This document shows positions 17,047-22,260 of a DNA stretch of 22,260 nucleotides, in pieces; position 1 is the first letter of the stretch; each line of letters starts with the position of its first letter. Made by a program: the position numbers and the translations under genes. The notes under the pieces are model-generated. The model searched no databases. It was not told the origin of the DNA and worked only from the letters and a program-made list of their open reading frames with translations. The stretch is taken from contig JBDLIE010000042.1 of assembly GCA_039715015.1 (NCBI GenBank), positions 1-22,260 of the forward strand. Direction: 5' to 3'. The stretch is from Thermodesulfobacteriota bacterium. GTDB lineage: Bacteria; Desulfobacterota; Desulfobulbia; Desulfobulbales; SURF-16.

Positions 17047-17062
17047 TGGCACACGAATTGCT
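17047..17062 (+). promoter_or_regulatory. Sigma54 (-24/-12) promoter of the REC-PilZ gene
   Basis: TGGCAC-ACGAA-TTGCT is an exact consensus match, about 50 nt upstream of the GTG start at 17114. Confidence 0.85.
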
Positions 17063-17113
17063 CTTCCCGTCAGGCAGTGCCGCAGCTCTCTCCTCATACC
17101 TTAAGGTGAATCC

Positions 17114-17803
17114 GTGGGAAAAAAAATCTTGATCATCGATGATGACCTCCTGGTCTTGTACGGCCTCCAGAAAGCCCTGCGCCGGGAAGCCGTGGATGTG
17201 GCAACCGCTTCATCGGCCGGGCTTGCCATGGACGAACTCAGCGTCTGCCCCTATGATCTCTGCCTGCTCGACATCCATCTCCCTGATTATAATGGCCTGG
17301 AGCTGATGAAAATCATCAAGCAGACCTGCCCGAAGACCAAGGTGATCGTCATGACCGCAAGCTACACAGGGGATGATGAGTTGAGCAGCAACATCAAACA
17401 GGCGGCTGAAAACGGGGCCTGCCATTTCCTAACCAAGCCTTTTGATCTGAACGAGGTTAAAGACATTATCAAAAAGGCGTTGTCTGAGAAGGATTTTCAT
17501 ACCGGCGTCCGCTTCACGGACAATGCCTTTGTCAAAAAAACCAGAAAATTTAGGCGGAGGTTGAACTCCCAGGAGATGGATATAGCCATGACCATCATCG
17601 GCGAAGGGGAAATCAAGCGGCGGCACGCCGAGGCGGAATCCGTAGATATTTCAGAGGGAGGAGTGGGGGTAGTAACCAGTTACCCCCTGCGGGTATCGCA
17701 AGTGCTCTGCCTCAAGTCAGCGGTGACGGATAAAACCGGGATTGTGGTCTGGAGCAGGATGGATGAGGACAACACCTGCCGGGCCGGGGTGCGCTTCGCC
17801 TGA
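17114..17803 (+). CDS. Response regulator receiver fused to a PilZ domain
   Basis: REC motifs DDD, LLD, MT and KPF. C-terminal RKFRR (RxxxR) and DISEGG (DxSxxG) c-di-GMP-binding motifs, ending VVW...RAGVRF. GTG start with AAGGTG SD. Confidence 0.88.
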   Translation: MGKKILIIDDDLLVLYGLQKALRREAVDVATASSAGLAMDELSVCPYDLCLLDIHLPDYNGLELMKIIKQTCPKTKVIVMTASYTGDDELSSNIKQAAENGACHFLTKPFDLNEVKDIIKKALSEKDFHTGVRFTDNAFVKKTRKFRRRLNSQEMDIAMTIIGEGEIKRRHAEAESVDISEGGVGVVTSYPLRVSQVLCLKSAVTDKTGIVVWSRMDEDNTCRAGVRFA

Positions 17804-17827
17804 GCCTTGCGTGCTGGTTAAAAGTTG

Positions 17828-19225
17828 TCAGCGGCCAAGGTCATACTTCTTTACCTGATACCTGAGCGTATCATAGGTTATGTTCAGCAGTTTGGCAGCC
17901 TTGGTCTTATTGTACTTTGCCAACACCATGGCCTGATGAACCAGGTCCTTCTCTATCTCTTCAAGTGAGATGCCGCTTTCCGGCAGAATAATCTGCAGCG
18001 ATTTCCGCCTTTCCACCATAAGCTTTCCGGTCATCTCAGTGGGCAGGTGCTCGGTGGAAATGAGATCCCCGCTTTCCAAAACAACGCAGCGCTCTATGGC
18101 ATTACGCAGCTCCCTGATATTTCCTGGCCAGCTGGCGGCGGCAATGTTCTGTGATGCTGCGGCGGAAAACCCCGTAATGTTTTTCTTAAGATATTTATTG
18201 GCAAAGAAGTTGAGAAAATACTGGGCCAGATAGGGGATATCCTCGGCCCGCTCACGCAAGGGGGGGAGGTGGACCGCAAAGGTGTTGAGCCGGTAAAACA
18301 GGTCCTCGCGGAACTCACCTGCCGCCACCGCCTTAGGAAGGTCCTTGTTGGTGGCGGCAATGACCGCGGCATCAAAGGAGAGATCTATTTTGCCGCCCAG
18401 CCTGCGCACCTTTCTGGTTTCCAGGACCCGCAGGAACTTGCTTTGCATATCAAGGCGCATATCTCCAAACTCATCCAGGAGCAGGGTGCCGCCGTCGGCC
18501 AACTCAAATACCCCCTTTTTATCCGTCTTGGCATCGGTGAAAGATCCCCGCGTATGGCCGAACAACTCATTCTCAATGAGGTTTTCAGGCAGAGCCATAC
18601 AGTTGATGGCTATAAAAGGGGTATACTCGGCGGCGAGGTTTGGGCCGCCATGGTACAGGGCATGGAAATAACGGGCCAGCACCTCCTTGCCGGTGCCCGA
18701 CTCACCGGTAATAAGAAGGCTGCCGGTCCTGGCCTTGGCGAACATCTCCACCTTTTGCAGGATGTCCTTCATGGTCGCAGATTTGCCGATAATTTGACTG
18801 TCGACACAGGCCGATTCGGTTTTCCGCAGGTAATCAACCTCATCCTTGAGCCGGGAGTTCTCCAGGATATTGGCCACAACGATGTGGACCTCTTCTATGT
18901 TAAAAGGCTTGGTTAGGTAATCTGCGGCGCCTAGCTTCATCGCCCTGATTGCCGATTCTGCGGAATCGTCGCTGGTGAGCATTACCACCGGGGTCGCCAG
19001 TTTCTCCTTTTTGATATCTGCCAGGATATCAAGACCGCTGCGATTTTCATCCAGGTGGATATCAAGGAGGATCAGGTCAGGATGCCAGGCCACGATCTTA
19101 TTGAAAATGTCCTTAGCGGTTGTCTGCACCTGGGTTTCATAGCCTTTCTTCTTCAGCGAACGAGCAAGCATCGTGACAATCAGCCCATCATCGTCCACCA
19201 GAAAAATCCTGCCACCGGTCTTCAT
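17828..19225 (-). CDS. Sigma54-dependent NtrC-family response regulator (REC - AAA+ - Fis HTH)
   Basis: Walker A GESGTGKE, GAFTGA-like loop ELFGHTRGSFTDA, Walker B LLLDE, FREDLFYRL, WPGNIRELRN and HTH AAKLLNITYDTLRY. ATGA overlap with the kinase stop codon. Confidence 0.96.
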   Translation of the reverse strand: MKTGGRIFLVDDDGLIVTMLARSLKKKGYETQVQTTAKDIFNKIVAWHPDLILLDIHLDENRSGLDILADIKKEKLATPVVMLTSDDSAESAIRAMKLGAADYLTKPFNIEEVHIVVANILENSRLKDEVDYLRKTESACVDSQIIGKSATMKDILQKVEMFAKARTGSLLITGESGTGKEVLARYFHALYHGGPNLAAEYTPFIAINCMALPENLIENELFGHTRGSFTDAKTDKKGVFELADGGTLLLDEFGDMRLDMQSKFLRVLETRKVRRLGGKIDLSFDAAVIAATNKDLPKAVAAGEFREDLFYRLNTFAVHLPPLRERAEDIPYLAQYFLNFFANKYLKKNITGFSAAASQNIAAASWPGNIRELRNAIERCVVLESGDLISTEHLPTEMTGKLMVERRKSLQIILPESGISLEEIEKDLVHQAMVLAKYNKTKAAKLLNITYDTLRYQVKKYDLGR

Positions 19226-21075
19226 GGTATGGAAACCTCATTATCTTGTTTAAGGGGAAGGGTGATCGTAAAAACGGAGCCCTCGCCCTTTGTGCTGGTC
19301 AGGTCGATAGATCCATCATGCTGCTCGACGAGCCGTTTGGTGATAGCCAGACCCAGGCCGGTACCTTTTGATTTCGTGGTGTAAAAGGGCTGAAATGCCC
19401 TCTGGAGCCCCTCTTCGTCAAAGCCCTTGCCGTTATCCGCAATATTAACCTGGATGTTCCCAGCTTGGTCCAGGCCCGAATTCACGTTAATCGTGCCGGA
19501 TTCGATAATTGCCTCAAGGCCGTTCAAAAAAAGGTTGAGAAATATTTGCTGAAGCTGGGAGGCGTCCGCAGGAATGGACAGCCGCTCCGGGGTCAGTTCA
19601 ACAAAAAAATGGATATCCTTTTTTATCTCGGAAAAATAATTGGGACTTTTCAGAATCATCTGGGCACTCTTCACAGAGTTCGCCAGGATAAGGTTGAGAT
19701 CAACGAATTCGAAATGGGGCTTGGGGGGGCGCGCATAGTTGAGAAGATTTTTCAGCAAGGTTTCTAACCGGTTCACCTCTTGGATGACCAGGAGAAACAC
19801 CTCCTTGTCTTCCTGTGCAAGGATAAGCTCCCCGGCGAGGATCTCAATGGAGACCTTGATGCCTGCCAGAGGGTTTTTGATCTCGTGGGCTAGGCCGGCC
19901 GCCATCTCCCCGACAATGGCCAGCTGCCTGGCCCGTTGCAACGCCTCATTGGCCTTGACCCGGCCGGTGATATCGCGATCAAAGGCAAGGATGTACTTGT
20001 GGCCATCATATTTCAGCAGGCCGGCGCTGACCTCCACGGGAAAAACCGTGCCGTCCTGTTTGCGGTGATTGATCACCTCTTTGATCCATTCCCCGTCCAG
20101 AATACGGCGGACACGTCCCGAGATCCCGGCTGCAGCTCCGGGATCGGCAAGATCACGGATGTGCATTCTCTGCAGCTCATCAACCGAATAGCCATGTGTA
20201 TCTGCGGCAGCCTTATTGGCGGAGATGATCCTGCCTGGCTCCTCCCCTTCGGCCTCCATAATAAAAATGGAGTCAGCAGCGCTTTCAAACAACATCCGGT
20301 AACGCTGCTGAATGGACTCAACCCGCCGGCATTGCACCTGGAGGGACCGCCCCATATTGTTAAAGGCATCGGCCAGATGACGAAACTCATCGTCCATTTT
20401 TGCAGCGATGCGGTATTCCAGGTCGCCTTCCTCTATTTTGCTAAAGGCTTTCGAGAGGATCTTGACCCTATTGGTGAAATGACCGAAAAAATAGCCGGAC
20501 ACCAAGAGGACGATGAGCGGGCCGATGGTCACCAGCACAATAAAAAGCGTCCTGGTGGCGGAAATTTCCTGCTGGGCCTGAGTGGTTCTCTCGGCAATTT
20601 TCAAATCGGCGCCAACGAAAATCTGGTCGATGGCGAGCTGCAGAGCTTCCCCTGCCTCATAGGCCTTCTTTTTTGCAGCGCTAAGCCGCTCGACATTGGC
20701 CCTGAGGGTATAGACCCTGCTCAACTTGCCCTGATAGGATTCAAGGATAAGCCGCAGGTCGCCTATTTTGGGGGCAAGGGGGTCAAGAGGATAACCATGG
20801 CAGCTAAAGCAGCTGTTCAGCGTCGCAGCCATCTCCTCTCCATGCAGAACAAAGGTGTCGAGATTTACAGCGTGGGGGGAATCCTTGAGCAGCAGATCAG
20901 TTTGCACTACCTTGACCTTTCCCATCAACGCCTTGCGTTGAGAGTTCATCTGCTGGAGAGTAATAATATTCTGAAGTTTCCTGACAACCAGATTCATTCC
21001 AGCCGTAATATACAGACCTCCCAATATGAAGCAGAGGGAGAGAATGATAAGGCCAATGAATGCTTTTCGTTTCAT
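19222..21075 (-). CDS. Sensor histidine kinase with periplasmic heme c motif, HAMP, PAS, HisKA and HATPase domains
   Basis: Two TM segments flank a periplasmic region containing CFSCH (20797-20811). HAMP (GDL..RI...DEF..LA.AFN.M), PAS (HRKQDGTVFPVEVS), H-box LAHEIKNPL, and N, G1, F and G2 boxes are present. Confidence 0.95.
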   Translation of the reverse strand: MKRKAFIGLIILSLCFILGGLYITAGMNLVVRKLQNIITLQQMNSQRKALMGKVKVVQTDLLLKDSPHAVNLDTFVLHGEEMAATLNSCFSCHGYPLDPLAPKIGDLRLILESYQGKLSRVYTLRANVERLSAAKKKAYEAGEALQLAIDQIFVGADLKIAERTTQAQQEISATRTLFIVLVTIGPLIVLLVSGYFFGHFTNRVKILSKAFSKIEEGDLEYRIAAKMDDEFRHLADAFNNMGRSLQVQCRRVESIQQRYRMLFESAADSIFIMEAEGEEPGRIISANKAAADTHGYSVDELQRMHIRDLADPGAAAGISGRVRRILDGEWIKEVINHRKQDGTVFPVEVSAGLLKYDGHKYILAFDRDITGRVKANEALQRARQLAIVGEMAAGLAHEIKNPLAGIKVSIEILAGELILAQEDKEVFLLVIQEVNRLETLLKNLLNYARPPKPHFEFVDLNLILANSVKSAQMILKSPNYFSEIKKDIHFFVELTPERLSIPADASQLQQIFLNLFLNGLEAIIESGTINVNSGLDQAGNIQVNIADNGKGFDEEGLQRAFQPFYTTKSKGTGLGLAITKRLVEQHDGSIDLTSTKGEGSVFTITLPLKQDNEVSIP

Positions 21076-21169
21076 AGCAGTAAAAAAAGAGAGCGGATGT
21101 TATGCAGATGAGCCCCTTGTTGGTGGAGAATTTCGCCAAATCCCGGCGCGGGCGGCAGACGGTCCCGGC

Positions 21170-22093
21170 TCAGTTGTTGACATAGTGGTAGTTGCCCAAG
21201 TCCAGGCCGATATGGTCGGCGAAATCCAGCACAACCTTATAATCCGCTGCCGTTGTTTCTATGAAACGGGCAGCCCCGAACTGAGCAAGCACCCCTTTTC
21301 CTTCCGGATCCTGATCCATGGTGAGGAGGGTTTTTTTCATCCCGGCCACAAGGCCTTCATCAAGGCCGGGCCGGACAGCAAGACCGTTTTCCGGCACCGG
21401 CATTGAGGTGCTGATAATTTCCAGCTCGTCGAGGATTCTGCTGTCCTGGGCGGCCAACCTGTCAAAGACCGTATTTTTAGCGGCGCCAATGTCCGCATTT
21501 CCATTCAGCACATCGTAAATTGCATCATCATGGGTACCGGTAAAATAGGTTTCGCCAAACCAGCTCTGATAATCCTCGATGCCCAGCTCTCCAAAAAAAT
21601 GGAGCGGCAGCAACCATCCTGCTGTGGTCGCCTTATCGACAAAGGCAAAACGCTTGCCTTTCATATCGGCGGCGTTGTTGATGTGCGAGTCTTTCCTGGC
21701 AAACACCATGCCGAAATAGGTCGAGATGCCGTCGTCGCCTTCCGGCCTGGCCAGCGGAGTGACTCCAAGTTTCTTCAAGGCCAGGGCGCCGGTAAAGCTG
21801 CCAAAAAAAGCAGCGTCCAGGTCTTTCGAAACAAAATTATCAATGATATTGCCGTATCGGGAAAGAATCTTCAGGTCAATGACAACACCCTGTTTGCCTT
21901 CCAGATATTTCACCAGGGGCTCATACCGTTTTTTTTGGGAAAATATGTCGATCTCAGGGATAAGGGCGATGCGCAAGGTTTTTGGGCCAACATTGGCTGC
22001 GCTCGGCGCATCCTCAGGTTGCTCGCTGCAACCAGTCATGAAGAGAAGGATGAGCAAACAACAGACAGACTTCAGGGTGTTTTTTTTCAACAT
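21170..22093 (-). CDS. PhnD/phosphonate-type periplasmic substrate-binding lipoprotein without transporter genes in view
   Basis: Lipobox MTGC. DMKGKRFAFVDKATTAGWLLP and FTGTHDDAIYDVLNGNADIGA are PhnD-like motifs. ATG 22093 preferred over 22153 because it gives a normal-length signal peptide. Confidence 0.85.
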   Translation of the reverse strand: MLKKNTLKSVCCLLILLFMTGCSEQPEDAPSAANVGPKTLRIALIPEIDIFSQKKRYEPLVKYLEGKQGVVIDLKILSRYGNIIDNFVSKDLDAAFFGSFTGALALKKLGVTPLARPEGDDGISTYFGMVFARKDSHINNAADMKGKRFAFVDKATTAGWLLPLHFFGELGIEDYQSWFGETYFTGTHDDAIYDVLNGNADIGAAKNTVFDRLAAQDSRILDELEIISTSMPVPENGLAVRPGLDEGLVAGMKKTLLTMDQDPEGKGVLAQFGAARFIETTAADYKVVLDFADHIGLDLGNYHYVNN

Positions 22094-22260
22094 TGTTGTC
22101 TTCAAAAAGGGTAATCCCATGATATTATTTAAAAATCTTGGACAACACCGCATTCATCAGATCACATAGGTGCGACATATCGTACCATTACCAATATCGA
22201 AACACCAACACCGAACCCTTTTTTTTGTTTGCCAGCAGCTAAAAGGCATATTATTTCTTG

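Noticed and set aside
16607..17132. Small ORFs (75, 81 and 66 aa) in the divergent intergenic region
   Set aside because: They overlap sigma54 promoters and enhancer-like sites, with no convincing SD or domain.
19936..21111. 391-aa plus-strand ORF
   Set aside because: Almost entirely antisense to the well-formed histidine kinase and has no recognisable motifs; shadow ORF.
21170..22093. Calling the gene phnD (phosphonate uptake)
   Set aside because: No phnC/phnE genes in view; the context points to signalling, so no symbol is assigned.
22179..22187. Extended -10-like TGGTACGAT upstream of the binding-protein gene
   Set aside because: Plausible but too short and degenerate to support without TSS data.

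Overview
The window is almost entirely minus-strand and encodes a complete OmcS cytochrome-nanowire locus of the type known from Geobacter and other Desulfobacterota. In transcription order it holds a PhnD-like binding lipoprotein, a heme c (CxxCH) sensor histidine kinase, a sigma54-dependent response regulator and an oppositely oriented REC-PilZ gene. These are followed by an NHL-repeat gene, a single hexaheme omcS, and omcS-companion (osc)-type genes: a beta-propeller lipoprotein, an outer-membrane barrel, two CsgG-like lipoproteins, a PpiC chaperone, 26-heme and 16-heme cytochromes and an NHL protein. A membrane GAF-GGDEF diguanylate cyclase and a truncated ybhB/ybcL gene close the window. 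The structural genes match a described system; the more interesting signal is the non-coding wiring. It comprises two back-to-back consensus sigma54 promoters sharing four palindromic enhancer-like sites, a GEMM-I cyclic-dinucleotide riboswitch directly before omcS with a 13-bp anti-Shine-Dalgarno switch helix, and tandem hairpins plus a sigma70-like internal promoter between omcS and the assembly genes. The riboswitch has G at the specificity position, the neighbouring cyclase has the canonical Asp, and the PilZ motifs are intact. Together these suggest c-di-GMP control of nanowires, unlike the cGAMP control described for Geobacter omcS. All family assignments were made by eye and from recall; no searches were run.
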